Shown: in pieces, positions 51,170-63,900 of the stretch
How positions within the stretch are numbered: the stretch's first letter is position 1
How the letters are laid out: each line of letters begins with the position of its first letter
From: Octopus vulgaris
Taxonomy: Eukaryota
Direction of reading: 5' to 3'
DNA: 64,000 nt
Assembly: GCA_951406725.2 (NCBI GenBank)
Contig: OX597814.1
Coordinates: 65,906,001-65,970,000 of the forward strand
The notes under the pieces: model-generated
Told to the model about the DNA's origin: nothing
The model's database searches: none
Seen by the model: the letters and a program-made list of their open reading frames with translations, nothing else
Position numbers and translations under genes: made by a program

Positions 51170-51686
51170 ATCCTAAATTTACATAAGTGAAAAATAAAAT
51201 AATACTTAAATAATTAAATACTTTAAAATTGAATAAAATACACAAAGCTAGTACAAGTCATTAAATTGTAATCAAAATAAGAGATGTTCCAAATATAGAC
51301 AAACTCCTTAAATAAGCTAACCATATAGTAAATATACATGTGTAGCATCTATAGATTTAATATAAGAATCTATAACAAAGTTGGAAGAAAACGCATGCGG
51401 GTATTCTTCGACTGGATTATATTTTCCAAGGAAAATGTAGGTTGGAATCGTACTTGAAAACATGACAATGTAGCAGTTAATGGAGAAAAACTGGGCTATA
51501 CTGAATGTGACTTATCATGAGGAAGAGAGAAACATGTAGGTGAATAGTTGAAACTGAGAGCAAACGGAAAATACGAGAGACACCTGGGTGATTACCTGAT
51601 AAAGGACGTATACTTTTGCCACTATGGATAGTATTAAAGATTTGGTATACGTACAATAATCATTATTTAACTTAGATCAAAATTTT
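50225..51686. repeat. ~305-bp inverted repeat pair (50225-50530 / 51381-51686)
   Basis: Arms are reverse complements with scattered substitutions; the 850-bp spacer includes (TA)n and a decayed HHR at about 50999-51086. Confidence 0.9.
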
Positions 51687-52430
51687 ATGTGCCTGATGTG
51701 TTCTACAATTTCTATAGTTTCACGTATTCTCAATACGATTTTCGTTAACAATAATAGAAGTGAGACTCGGAATTAAAAACTTGAAATTATTAGCTTGATA
51801 AATAGAATATATATATATATCGACGCTCAAATTTCAATATCGAGTTATTCTTTTTTTTCTCCTGTCTATATACATATTTTGGTATACATTACACGCGCGC
51901 CCGCGCACACACATACATACACATTTACCGTTGTGCGTATGTATGTACGTATGTGATCGTATATTTGAGGTTTTAAATATGAATGGAGGCGCGGGAAGGA
52001 CATTATAAACTAAAGATTTCAGTGCATCTGTGGTAAATATGCTTAGAGTAAAAGAAAATAAAAATCAGGGCAACCGACAATATACAGATAAAATATCAGT
52101 GATTCTTGATCCTTAAGTTTGCTTCTATAAAGTAACAATATCAAACCTATTCTGATTAAGACTAACTTATATTCAGGCAGACGATGCCCTAGTCTATATA
52201 GTTGTATGCATTTGTCTTTTAGTTTTGTAAATAACTAGTAGGAATTTTTTTTCTGAGTGTGAGTTAGATTCTAATTCTAACCAATCCTGTGACCATGTAA
52301 ACTCTCCGATGCTGAGTCATAAAATGCTTCATGAAGATAGAGTGTGATAAACTTACATATTTGAGTTTCTGTTATAAGGATAAAAAACAAACATGCACAC
52401 CCCATTATGTAGCTATGTCTATTTACATGA

Positions 52431-52492
<62 letters not shown>

Positions 52493-52740
52493 ATATATAT
52501 ATATGTGTGTGTGTATGTTTACTTATATATGCATATCCAAATGTATGATATATACTATTTATGTACACATGTCTGTGTGTGTTTAGGTGTGGCTATGAGG
52601 GGAAAGAAGAGAAAGTGGAAGAATTGTTATGTATATATATGGCTTATTACAAAATATTTTTTTCCGTGTGCGTGAGATTATATATGTGTGTATGTGTGTG
52701 TGTGTGTGCGGGTGTCTGCATGTTTGTATGTATGCATATG

Positions 52741-52990
52741 TAGGGGGTGCGTGGCCCACTGGTTAGGGTATTGCACTCACGATCGCGAGATCTTGGTATG
52801 TTTTGTTCTTGAGCAAGGCACTTCCTCTCATATTGCTCTGCAATTACTTTGACTCTTGAAGTGTACACCGTGCATCTGTACAGGCAATATATGTTTGAGG
52901 AAGGGAATGACTTGGTATACGCACAACATTATTTGATCGCTAAAACAAATCATTTGTACAGGTTATTCAGTACGAAATTTCAAACCGTCT
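52741..52990 (+). mobile_element. SINE family C, degenerate
   Basis: GGTGCGTGGCCCACTGGTTAGGGTATT..CACGATCG..TGTTCTTGAGCAAGGCACTT. Confidence 0.65.
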
Positions 52991-53051
52991 TTCTCAGATT
53001 ACAAGTGACTACCAAGCATCATATGTATGTGTATACATGTATGTATGTGTG

Positions 53052-53086
<35 letters not shown>

Positions 53087-53434
53087 GAAAAATAGGATAA
53101 AATCTTTATAGGAATTTATCAAGTAGTTAGCGTGAAAAACCTCATAAGGGAAAAATCCATCAATTATTCCTCTTAAATAGATTTATTTATATTAAGGGCA
53201 TTACTATACATAAATGCCTCACGCTAGGAGGGACTCTTAAATTTAAAACTACCATAATAAGAATATAGATATATATATACATATTAAAGGGAAACCAATG
53301 TGTGGACACCCTTATGCTAGAAATAGATCTACTATGGTCTTACCACTAAGAAATGATCTCAGAAAAAATTTAGCAAAGCAACCAAAACGTAATCGAGCAA
53401 GACAAAAGAAATAGCAATAAAAATATGGATTATT

Positions 53435-53504
53435 CGCATACATGTTTCACTATTAACATATTACGTACTTTTACTTACATAAATGTGCATAGATCATCGG
53501 TGCG
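53435..53504 (-). ncRNA. Hammerhead motif, CCGATGA variant, extended helix II
   Basis: Minus strand: cgca CCGATGA tctat...atagt GAAA catg TA tgcg. Confidence 0.72.
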
Positions 53505-53975
53505 ACCGTCCAGATGAATATAATTTGCAGGACTGCATACTAGGACGTCCGTACAAAGTCAGACTTGTAAACAGTCCTATCCGTTACACTTGTGGTTACT
53601 ATTTCAAATGTCCTCGTTTTGGCGCGCTAAATTACCGGAAAAACTGATGCTGCAGAAAATACTTTACTGCAGTGGCCCTTGCCGGTTAGAGAACGTATTA
53701 ATTTAAATTTAAATTTAAAATCATGGTAAGAAATTAGATATTAATTTAATTAACATCGATTTCACACCAGTGGTCTAGCATTTAAAAAAAACTGAAGGTT
53801 CAGTAAAATTGTATTATATACATATTAGAGGGACACCACTATGTGGACACCTTTATGCTAGAAATAGATCTGCTATGGTCTTACCACTAAGAAATGTTCT
53901 CAAGAAAAATTTAGCAAAACAACCAAAACGTAATCGAGCAAGACAAAAGAAATAGCAATAAAAATATGGATTATT

Positions 53976-54045
53976 TGCATACATATTTCACTATTAACAT
54001 ATTACGTACTTTTACTTACATAAATGTCCGTAGATCATCGGTGCG
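53976..54045 (-). ncRNA. Hammerhead motif, second copy with substitutions
   Basis: Minus strand: cgca CCGATGA tcta...tagt GAAA tatg TA tgca. Confidence 0.62.
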
Positions 54046-54404
54046 ACCGTCCAGATGAATATAATTTGCAGGACTGCATACTAGGACGTCCGTACAAAGT
54101 CAGACTTGTAAACAGTTCCGCCCGTTACACTTGTGTTACTATTTCAAATGTCCTCGACTACGTTTTGGCTTGTTTTATAATAAATAGCTGATCTATTTCT
54201 AGCATAAGAGTGTCCACATAGTAGTGTCTTTTTAATATGTATATAATACAATTTTACTGAACCTTCAGTTTTTTTATATGCTAGACCACTGGTGTGGAAT
54301 CGATGTTAATTAAATTAATATCTAATTTCTCACCCTCATTTAAAATTTAATATATATATATATTTATACATGTAGAAGGTTGAAAAGTAACATACGAGTT
54401 GATA

Positions 54405-56972
54405 TGTATAAGGAAATTAAGACAAGGTAGGAAATGCTAGAATAATCTTATCATGAAATGCACCTTTTAACGGTTTTTACCGGTTTCAGGCTTTTCCACT
54501 TTTCCAACTAAGAGTAAAACAAAGGTGGATACTAACTGAGAAGAAAAAATTAAATTGATGAAAAAATTAAATGAAATGCTTTGTAAATATTTCCATAGTC
54601 TTCAAATAGGTAGACTATTTTCCTTTTTTCTGCCTGTCTCTCGTTCTCTCTCTCTCCTTCTCTCTCCCTCTTCCTTTGTGAAGCCTTGGTAGGTAGAAGC
54701 AGATCTGAAAAAATAGTGTTTATGGGTGCAGCGAAATATTTACTTCTGAAGTTTGATGGTTTATGCAGCAGCAGCAGCAGCAGTAGATGAAGAAGAAGAA
54801 GAAGAAGAAGAAGAAGAAGAAGAAGAAGAAGAAGAAGAAGAAGAAGAAGAAGAAGAAGAAGAAGAAGAAGAAGAAGAAGATGGGATAGTATGACCCAGTA
54901 GTGGAGGAATCTACTTTAATGGTCAAATGACCTAAAAATGATCTGTTCTGATTGTAGCAGTAATGGTTGTTCGAAATAAATTCATAGGTAGCGACTGTTT
55001 TCAATATATCTATAGTTTTTAATATTTGCCTGGGTATTATTGCAAGATCCTAGCAGTAATGTCATTTGTGGTGGACGTATTCAAACGTGTTTCATATTTT
55101 GTGATAAAATATGATTCTTTGATAATGCGTAGATTATAGGTTGCATTGTCCTTAAATTTATAGAGGGGAAAATTCTAAAGTTGGGTTGTTCAATAGTGGT
55201 GCAAATGTCAATGTGTTCTCTAAATGCTATTTTTCTGTATTCTTGTATTTCAATCTATGATCTGGCATAGACTGTTTTTAGATAGACCAATGTATTGCTC
55301 TCGACACCCTGAGCAAGTCAACACATATCAGGTTTTCCGATGCGCAAGTTGTTTTTCACTGTAAAACGCTGAAGCTGCTTGAAGAACTCTGATCCCTCAA
55401 TTAGTTTGACGCATATACCACAGTCAGGTCTTTCGCATTTTATACTGTCGGTTTCGAAAGTGTACTTGGGCTTGTGTTAGAATACATTTTTGGGAGTTGT
55501 CTTTTGCTCTTTATGATGCGTTTGGAGAAATTGATTCATTCTATGATCCCTTTTTAGTAAAGGAATGTTCTGGAGGATAGTGTCGAAGGCCTTATTTTTT
55601 AGAGGGTTGGGTGTGGATATGTATGGTAGGGCTTTTGGTTGTAATTCATTCTTTAGTCTGGGGTGTGTGAGTTCTTGGATATTGTGCTGTAGGGCACGTT
55701 GAAAACCTATATCAATTAGGGATAGTGGGTAATTCCTGCTGATGAGAGTATCTTTTAGCTCCTATAGTCGTGTGTCCATGGTGCTTGTATCGGATACTAT
55801 AGTGCAAATCTTTTTTTGCGAGGTTGAAAGGGATTCATTCATTCTAGTGTGTCTGGGGTGTCATGAGTTGAACGGTAGATATTGCTTGGAGTCCGTGGGC
55901 TTCTAATAAATGTATGTTTCTACTTGGATTTCTTAATGGGAATGTCGAGGAATGGAAGTTGTTGATAAGTATATTCCATAATAATTTGAACGTTTTATGT
56001 CAAGTCCATTTAGAAGTGTTTGAAATTCTTTAAGTCTCTCTATACTTTCATGCCAAAGAATGAAGCAGTCATCTAGATATCTCTTCCACTTATTTTCTAT
56101 GTGAAAGGAGAGTGGGTTTCCGTATTTTTCTAGTACCTTACGATAAAGAGTGATTTCTAGGTACCACATGACTAGGTTAGCACAGGATAGCATTCTCGTA
56201 GCCATACCAATCCCGTCATACAACTCCCTTCTTCTTCTTCTTCTTCTTCTTCTTCTTCTTCTTCTTCTTCTTCTTCTTCTTCTTCTTCTTCTTTTTTTTC
56301 TTTTTCTTCTTCCTCTTCTTCTTCTTTTTCTTCTTCGGCTCCTGCTGCTTAAACCACCACAATTCAGAAGCAAATATTTCTCTGCACCCATAAACACTAT
56401 TTTTATCAGATCTGCTACTACCTACTGAGCTTTCGCAAAGGAAAAGTGAGACAGAATAAAGGAATATGTCCTACCTATTTGAAGACTATGGAAAAGGAGT
56501 GGCTGTGTGGTAAGTAGCTTGCTTACGAACCACATGGTTCCGGGTTCAGTCCCACTGCGTGGCACCTTGGGCAAGTGTCTTCTACTATAGCCTCGGGCCG
56601 ACTAAAACCTTGTGAGTGGATTTGGTAGACGGAAACTGAAAGAAGCCCGTCGTATATATGTGTGCGTGTATGTTTGTGTGTCTATGTTTGTCCCCCGAGC
56701 ATTGCTTGACAACCGATGCTGGTGTGTTTATGTCCCCGTCACTTAGCGGTTCGGCAAAAAAGACCAATAGAATAAGTACTGGGCTTACAAAGAATAAGTC
56801 CCGGGGTCGAGTTGCTCGACTAAAGGCGGTGCTCCTGCATGGCCGCAGTCAACTGACTGAAACAAGTAAAAGAGTAAAAGAGTAAAACATTTAATTTAAT
56901 ATTTATCATGAAATAATATATTTCATAATAAAATTATTTTAGAATTTTCTACCTTGCCTTATTTTCCTTACA
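54405..56972 (-). mobile_element. Degenerate PLE (RT + endonuclease remnant at 54880-56225) with inverted terminal arms
   Basis: GIGMATRM..WYLE, WKRYLDDCFILW, PFLDI, KPTDSKQYLPFNS. 54592-54880 pairs with 56229-56492, including (GAA)n/(CTT)n. A SINE interrupts the right arm. Confidence 0.82.
56495..56886 (+). mobile_element. SINE family A, well preserved
   Basis: AGGAGTGGCTGTGTGGTAAG..GGTTCAGTCCC..ACCTTGGGCAAGT..(AAAAGAGT)n tail. Confidence 0.92.
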
Positions 56973-57681
56973 CACACACACACACACACAGACAGACATA
57001 CATACATATGTGTATATATATATATATATATATAATTAATAATTATATATACATAATTATATTAAAGAAGAAATTCGAAACATGACTTTTCTCCTCCATG
57101 CTGAATGAATGTCTAAACATTACGAAGCTACCGAAAAAAACTCCATAAATACATGCGAATGAAAGCGGACTAGCGAAAAGATATTTAAAAAGAGACATTA
57201 ATGTGAATTAGGTAATTTCAAGATTAAAATCTTAAATATATTTTTTTACCCCTTGTTAGCGCAACACATATAAAAATATACAAACAAGTCTTAGTACATA
57301 CCTATAACAAAGCGCGTTTGAACGACTATACACAAACACTAGTGTGTCTGGGGTGCATGAGTTGAACAGTAGATATTGCCTGAAGTCCGTGGGCAAGTAT
57401 AGATTACAAAAAGGCAGATTTAAATCTTCTCACGACGGCCACATGTATTTATATCAAAATAAGACAGCAGAAAATGCGGAATTTTGAAGAAGAGTAAAAA
57501 TATTCTAATAATATTTTATTTGTATATATATATTCATAAAACAAGGATAAAAATCACGTTACTGATTATTATCAGGTATTCAGCTGCACTAAAAGTTTAT
57601 AAACAATTTATATATTAAATTAATAATTATATATTATACATATTTATATATATAATATATATTTATAAATTAAATTAATAA

Positions 57682-57726
<45 letters not shown>

Positions 57727-57944
57727 CATTAAGGTAGAAAGTCGAAACATGACTTTTCTCTTCCATGCTGAGTACCTGATAATTACTAACATGATTTTTA
57801 TCCTTGTTTTATGAATATAAATAAATAATATATAATTATTAATTCAATAAATAAATTGTTTATAAATTTTTATTGCAAGCTAACTACCTGATAATAATCA
57901 GTAACCTGATTCTTACGTGGGTGAAGACCTTCTTTAGCTTGAGG

Positions 57945-58625
57945 TGCCGGTGTTTCTCCTTCCCCTACCCACTGTCTTTGGCGCGTGATATTTTTATAGA
58001 GGACTCATTTCTCGTCACCAGTCACAATTCGGTCGAAAAAAGGTTCATTCGTGACCCGTAACAACAAGGAATAGCACAGTTCCAATCTCAACGCGCGATT
58101 AGACTCGGAAAGTTTGAGAGGAATCCATTGACACAATTTGTTCCCTTTTCCGATGGCATGCAGGTGTCGTTGAATGTTTGAATAACCAAATCCAAGCTCC
58201 TCTTCTTGGGATTTTACGATGGGATTTTCTTTGCAAGTCTCCTCGTCGAGCTCTACTGACCTTCCAGTACGAGACTCGTCTTCTAGGCTGTAGTTTCGGG
58301 TTCGGAATTTCTGGAACCACCGTTGACACTGGCTTACGTTTATTGTCCGAGCCCCATATACTGCATTAATATTCCTCGCAATTTCTGTTCTGTTGTTGCC
58401 TTTATTGAACTCAAAATATGCCGAAGATGCTCCTTCGTCTCTTCCATTATAGCTTTGAAAAAATAACTGTTGAAATCGAGTACACTCTTCAAAATTTACA
58501 CTAAGAATAAGCAAGGTAAAATTTCTACCTGCTTTTATAACAAGTTGATGCAGGTAGTTTATCCCTTCCGCCGCCGTCTTTTACTGCATCTAATTGAAAA
58601 AACCGCATTATTTATAAGATGACCA
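57945..58625 (-). mobile_element. Mariner (second family) 5' part, decayed
   Basis: EFNKGNN..CQRWFQKFR..WIPLKLSE..RIVTGDEK; TIR TGGTCATCTTATAAATAATGCGG next to (TA)n. Confidence 0.88.
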
Positions 58626-58716
58626 TATATATATATATATACTCACATATACATACATGTATCTATCTATCTATCTATTTATCTATCTATCTGTGTGTAT
58701 ATATATATATATACAC

Positions 58717-58753
<37 letters not shown>

Positions 58754-58770
58754 CATGTATGTATATGTGA

Positions 58771-58815
<45 letters not shown>

Positions 58816-58818
<3 letters not shown>

Positions 58819-59054
58819 TCATCTCATAAATAATGCGGTTTTTTCAATTACATGCAGTAAAAGACGGCGGCGGAAGGGATAAACTACCTGCATCAACTTG
58901 CTATAAAAGCAGGTAGAAATCTTAGTGTAAATTCTTAGTGTAAATTTTGAAGAGTGTACTCGATTTTAACAGTTATTTTTTCAAAGCTATAATGGAAGAG
59001 ACGAAGGAGCATCTTCGGCATATTTTGATTTATGAGTTCAATAAAGGCAACAAC
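58816..59054 (+). mobile_element. Inverted duplicate of the same mariner 5' end
   Basis: MEETKEHLRHILIYEFNKGNN; reverse complement of 58392-58625. Confidence 0.88.
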
Positions 59055-59134
59055 ATATATGCACATATGTCCCTGCCTCCCTCTCTCTCAGTCTCTCTTC
59101 GTATATCTAAGTGTGTGTTCGCTAGCGTGTGTCT

Positions 59135-59285
59135 GAGGCTAAGAAGCTTACTTACCAACTACAAGGTACTATGTTCAACCCCACTGCCCGGCACTTCGGT
59201 CAAGTGCCTTCTATTATTGCCTCAGACCAGCAAAAGTTTTGTGAGTGAATATAGTTGAAGGGAACTGAAAAAAAAACCGTCGTAC
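59135..59285 (+). mobile_element. SINE family A head, degenerate
   Basis: AAGAAGCTTACTTACCAAC..GTTCAACCCCACTG..GGAACTGAAA. Confidence 0.6.
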
Positions 59286-62200
59286 ATACATGAGTTTGCG
59301 TGTTTGCGTGTCTGCATGTGTGTGTGTGTGCTTGATTTGTTCGACACAAACTTTCACTATATTTTCTTTCACCCCCGCGCTTCCTTTTTTTTTATAATTA
59401 TATTAAATGACTCGATATACGCAAGTTTATCATTTCGTTTACCCATTATCATATTTAGCAATCGATGTTTAAGTCCTTATATTTGAAATTATCCTTTCAG
59501 GTTTTTTAGAATACAGTATTTGCTGTATTTTCCCGCATTTATTTTTTTCTAGACTACTCTTTAATTTTCACGATTTAAATAGTATTTCTATGAATCCAGA
59601 ATGGAGCAAAACATATGTACCATTCTCAGTATTTTAAACTCGAATATATAATACCTTCAAATATAAAATCTTAAGTCACGAACAAGGCTTTGTTGGTTGA
59701 TTTTCCTGTTACCATTATGGTGGAAGAAAAAAGTAGAAGCCGTACTTTAAGACAAAGAAGGGCGAGAGAAAAACTAATAGACTAGACAGAGAGGTGGAAA
59801 ATTGGCAGCGTAGGGTCAGCAGCTTATGTGGTAATAATCAAAGGGCAGTTAGCGAATGAGAGAAGATGTGTGGAAAGAAGATATATATCTACAATAGATT
59901 GGGAGGCTACAGACAGGTAATATGATAAGGTATATATGTATATAGTCATTTTAAGCTTTTTTGATTGATCTTCTATAGAATTTGGTGACAGCATTGCAGG
60001 TTTTGATGCTTCAAAAACAAATACGGCGATTGAACAAAGAAAAATAGGTAATGTATATGCATATTGCAAGAATTACTCTTTTGTCAGCACCACATCCAAC
60101 CCATCAACTATCCATGAATACCATTAGGTTTAGCGGTGTAACACACTTAGCTAGACCATTTTACTTCTTCAACACATTCCTGGCAACTGGCACGTGCATA
60201 TTAATTGCTAGCAAGGATCCAACAGCTATTGTTGGATCATATAAATGCAACATTGTGTAACATTCAGCAATTGCCAGCAAACAATGATGCACCGAAGCAA
60301 TTGCAGTGATATGAAATAAAGCCTGTTCATTCCACCTTCTCGTATAAAATTCTTTTGTATATACTCTACGGATACTTGCTGATTACTACATGTATATCCA
60401 GTAAATGGAGCAAGCATCTGGTAACCGATACTTGGAGAGAAGCTTTGAAAATATTATTACCTAGACAATATTAAATCATATATATACATACGCATACATG
60501 CGTGCGTGTGATTGTCTGTACGTGTGTGTATACACATATGCGTATATAAATATAATACGAATGGGGATAACAACTCCGATTTGAGACACGCGCAGACTGA
60601 GTTTTCAATGAATGTAATAAATATTACTCGTTTCTGCTCAACAGTATTTAGTACTCTTTTTGTTTAATTGCACTTCTCACATGTGTAAAAATCACCATAT
60701 GTGACATGCATGTGTGTGTATACACGCACACGCGTATATATACACATATATACACATGCATATGTATTTCTGTCTGTATGTATGAGCATATAAATGTGTG
60801 AATGTGTCTGTATGTATGTGTGTGTATGTATTATGTATGTATGTGTGTATGTATTATGTACGTACGTACGTATGTATGTATGTATGTATGTATGTATTAT
60901 GTACGTACGTACGTATGTATGTATGTATGTATGTATGTATGTATGTATGTATGTATGTATGTATGTATACACGCATGTATGTTTATATGTTTGTGGTTGT
61001 ATGTTTGTGTGTACATGTACGTGTAAATGAGTCTTGTGGAGCATATGAATTCTTCAAGCGATGTTTTCTTTATTGTCCAATTTCTGCGACACCATGCCGA
61101 GTTATCACTTCCTAATGAGTACAGCGATACCGATGGAATTAAATAAACCATAACTCATCAAAGCAAAATTGCTAATTCCCATCTTTTAATTGCTTCGAGA
61201 CTCACGCATCTATGTCAGTATGTCTATATGTGTACAGGCTGAAGTGTTTGTGTGTGCGTGTATGATTGAAGAATGTGTGTGCCAGTGTTCGTGCATGTCT
61301 GGTTTAATGTTTTTTGTACAGGTTATTTATATATTTGTTGTTTGCATAATGTTTGCTGTTGTTGTTTAGCTCTGTGTCAATTATGAACGAACAAACACAC
61401 GATCAAAGGCATTCCAAACGTGGCCATCCAGTTTGGAATAGATTATTCTCAGGCATAATCTAATATCAACCTACATTTTTAAAGATAGTTGGGGTGTTGT
61501 TTGAAGGTAAATGATTGCTACTTCTACTCTGTCGAATGACTGCGGAGTTTCCTCCGTTGGCTTATAAGATCAGACGAACATATTCTCAAGACCAACGTGA
61601 CCAACGCATTGCTTTTACATGATGAGTGTTTCAAATACCACATTATCCAAGAAAAAAGCATTCCGTCGCAATCTCAAAGTCTAAGTTTCGATTCCACTTC
61701 GCAGCATCATGAGAAACTACATTTGTTTTTGCCATACTGTCACATCTACCCGAAGTTTTGGATGAAACTGTGAAATTGGGAGATGGAAATGTGTGGAGCC
61801 CATCGGATGAATGGTACATTGAATTGAAAGGTACATTTATGTCACACCGTGTCATTCTGATTCGACCCGAGATTAGTATGAAGGACACAAGTCTCAGTGA
61901 AATACTTAGCTATTCATATGTTTATTTAATAAACAGGTTGTTCAGTTAATCGAGCTTTTGAAAGTAATTTAAAGGACATTTCTTTTTCTAGCAGTTCGAA
62001 CTTCTCGTTTACTTATTTATTACATGTTTGTGTAGCTGATTGCATACGTCTAAATTGTATTAAAAATTTACATAAAATACATGTGTAATATATTTTGTAG
62101 CTAAACTACAAACGCCCAGGTGTATGGCAATAGTAGGTAGAGTGCAGTTGGCAGATTTATTTGAGTCTCGGCAAACCGCCAGCTCAGCCGTTTTTATTCT

Positions 62201-62329
62201 ACTTTTGCAAATTAGTTATATTCGAATCCAGAACACATAACTGTCAAACGTTCCAGTCTATGTAGAAGTAATTAAATGAAACTATATGATAACAGATGAC
62301 AGTTTTAAGCAAATGAGATATTGGTTCCG

Positions 62330-62531
62330 AATTTTGGCTCAAGGCCAACAATTTCGAGGGAGGGAGTAAAGCGATTACATTGACCCCAGTGCTCAACTGG
62401 TACTTAATTTATCGATCTCCGAGAGGATGAAAAGCAAAGTCAACCTCGGCGGGATTTGAACTCACAATGTAAAGACGAACGAAATGCTGCTTAGCATTTT
62501 TCCCGGAACGAATCTGCCATCTCACTGCCTT
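62330..62531 (-). mobile_element. SINE family B, degenerate
   Basis: GACCCCAGTGCTCAACTGGTACTTAATTTATCGA..AGGATGAAAAGCAAAGTCAACCTCGGCGGGATTTGAACTC. Confidence 0.78.
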
Positions 62532-62745
62532 AAGCATCTCCTCACGAGAAATTTCGTTAGAAATACTTCTATAAAGAATTTGAGTATTCTAAGTTTCAAT
62601 ATATTTCAGTTCAATCAGTATTGGCCTGGGGATATACAACGAAACTAACATGGCTAAAGTAACTTACCTAACTAAAGTAGCAGTACTAAACTTTGTCTCA
62701 GAAATATAAAGATAGGCGTTTGGTTAAGTGATTGGCGTTAGGAAG

Positions 62746-63156
62746 TGTATCCTACCATATTCTGAGCGCCTTGTTTCCCTGGGCATGGATTCACTGAAGC
62801 TCCGGCGTTTGGCGACGGACTTGGTAAACACCCACAAAGTTATCAACCACCTCACCAACAACAACACTGAACACCTTTTTGATCTCCATGTGTCTAACAC
62901 ACGTGGACATGCCTACAAAGTCAGAAAACAATACAGCTCCCATGACTTTCGGAAACATTTTTTCACGCTCAGAGTTGCTGAAGCATGGAATAAACTGCCT
63001 GCGTCAGTTGTTGACTGCCATGACACTGCATCTTTTAAGGCCCTCATGCTTTCCGAAATCCGCCGAAACTACACCTGATTATATATACACTTTAGATGAG
63101 TTGTAGTGCACATGAGCACTGTACACAATTATTATTATTATTATTATTATTATTAT
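62746..63156 (+). mobile_element. CR1-clade LINE, 3' end
   Basis: LPYSERLVSLGMDSLKLRRLATDL..TRGHAYKV..RKHFFTLRVAEAWNKLP..FK; (ATT)n tail. Confidence 0.9.
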
Positions 63157-63429
63157 CTATAGAAACCATACCAAATCAGCCATAGAACATGGTGGTGCCT
63201 TCTGGTTCATCTGTTTTTGTCAAACCATCTAATCCTTGTCAGGGACATTAAATGATAATGATGATGATACATTTTATGAATATGTGCATCTTTTATCTTT
63301 TTCTTTTTTCAGTGATTAGACAGTGCCATGCTGGGGCTTATCTTGAAGAATTTTAGTTGAACGAATCGATCCCAGTAGTTTTTTAACGCTTAGTACTTAT
63401 CTGATATATATATATATATATATATAATA

Positions 63430-63900
63430 ACAAAGGGTAAAATTGATTAATTAACTAGTAATTAATAATTTCACTAGGTAGAATTCGGCATGAAAAAGGA
63501 CCATTCTCGGTAAACTTAAGTAATATTTTATAAATAGGGTTCCGCAAAGATTTGCTTTACCGCATACCGAAGTTTAGAAATAGCAGCCAAAGAACCTTAA
63601 CTATTTCCTCTATTTTGAAAAGAGACTCCCGGACAAAAACAAAGTACTCGAAAACAATCCACGCAGGCAGAGAGGAAAAATAACGAAAATCAATCGATAT
63701 TTGATTACCCATGTACGCGTTTCGGAATTAGATCGGTATAAAGAATGTAGAATTTATACTTTACCCAAACATTTTCCTCTTCAGCATGGGACTTCACAAT
63801 ATTAAATCCGAAAGCACTGGAAGAATTGAATATACCTCTCCAACTAACAGTATCAGACAGATCATATTCAACGTCCAATACCGCCGAATTCAAAATATAC
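63430..63900 (-). mobile_element. pLTR element related to the 27489-28469 family
   Basis: AGGGTAAAATTGATTAATT..TTCGGCATG..ACCGAAGTTTAGAAATAGCAGCCAAAGA aligns with 27982-28140; begins at (TA)n. Confidence 0.72.
63708..63790 (-). ncRNA. Type I hammerhead ribozyme, extended helix II
   Basis: Minus strand: cccatg CTGAAGA ggaa...ttcc GAAA cgcg TA catggg. Confidence 0.87.

Larger units (their letters stand above)
53275..54350 (-). mobile_element. Second ORF-less tandem-pLTR (retrozyme-like) element, 541-bp period
   Basis: Direct repeats 53275-53616 and 53816-54156; 54190-54350 is the reverse complement of about 53709-53870. Confidence 0.82.

Noticed and set aside
54468-54490. GAAA CCGG TA half-motif (minus strand)
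   Set aside because: No matching CUGANGA half found.
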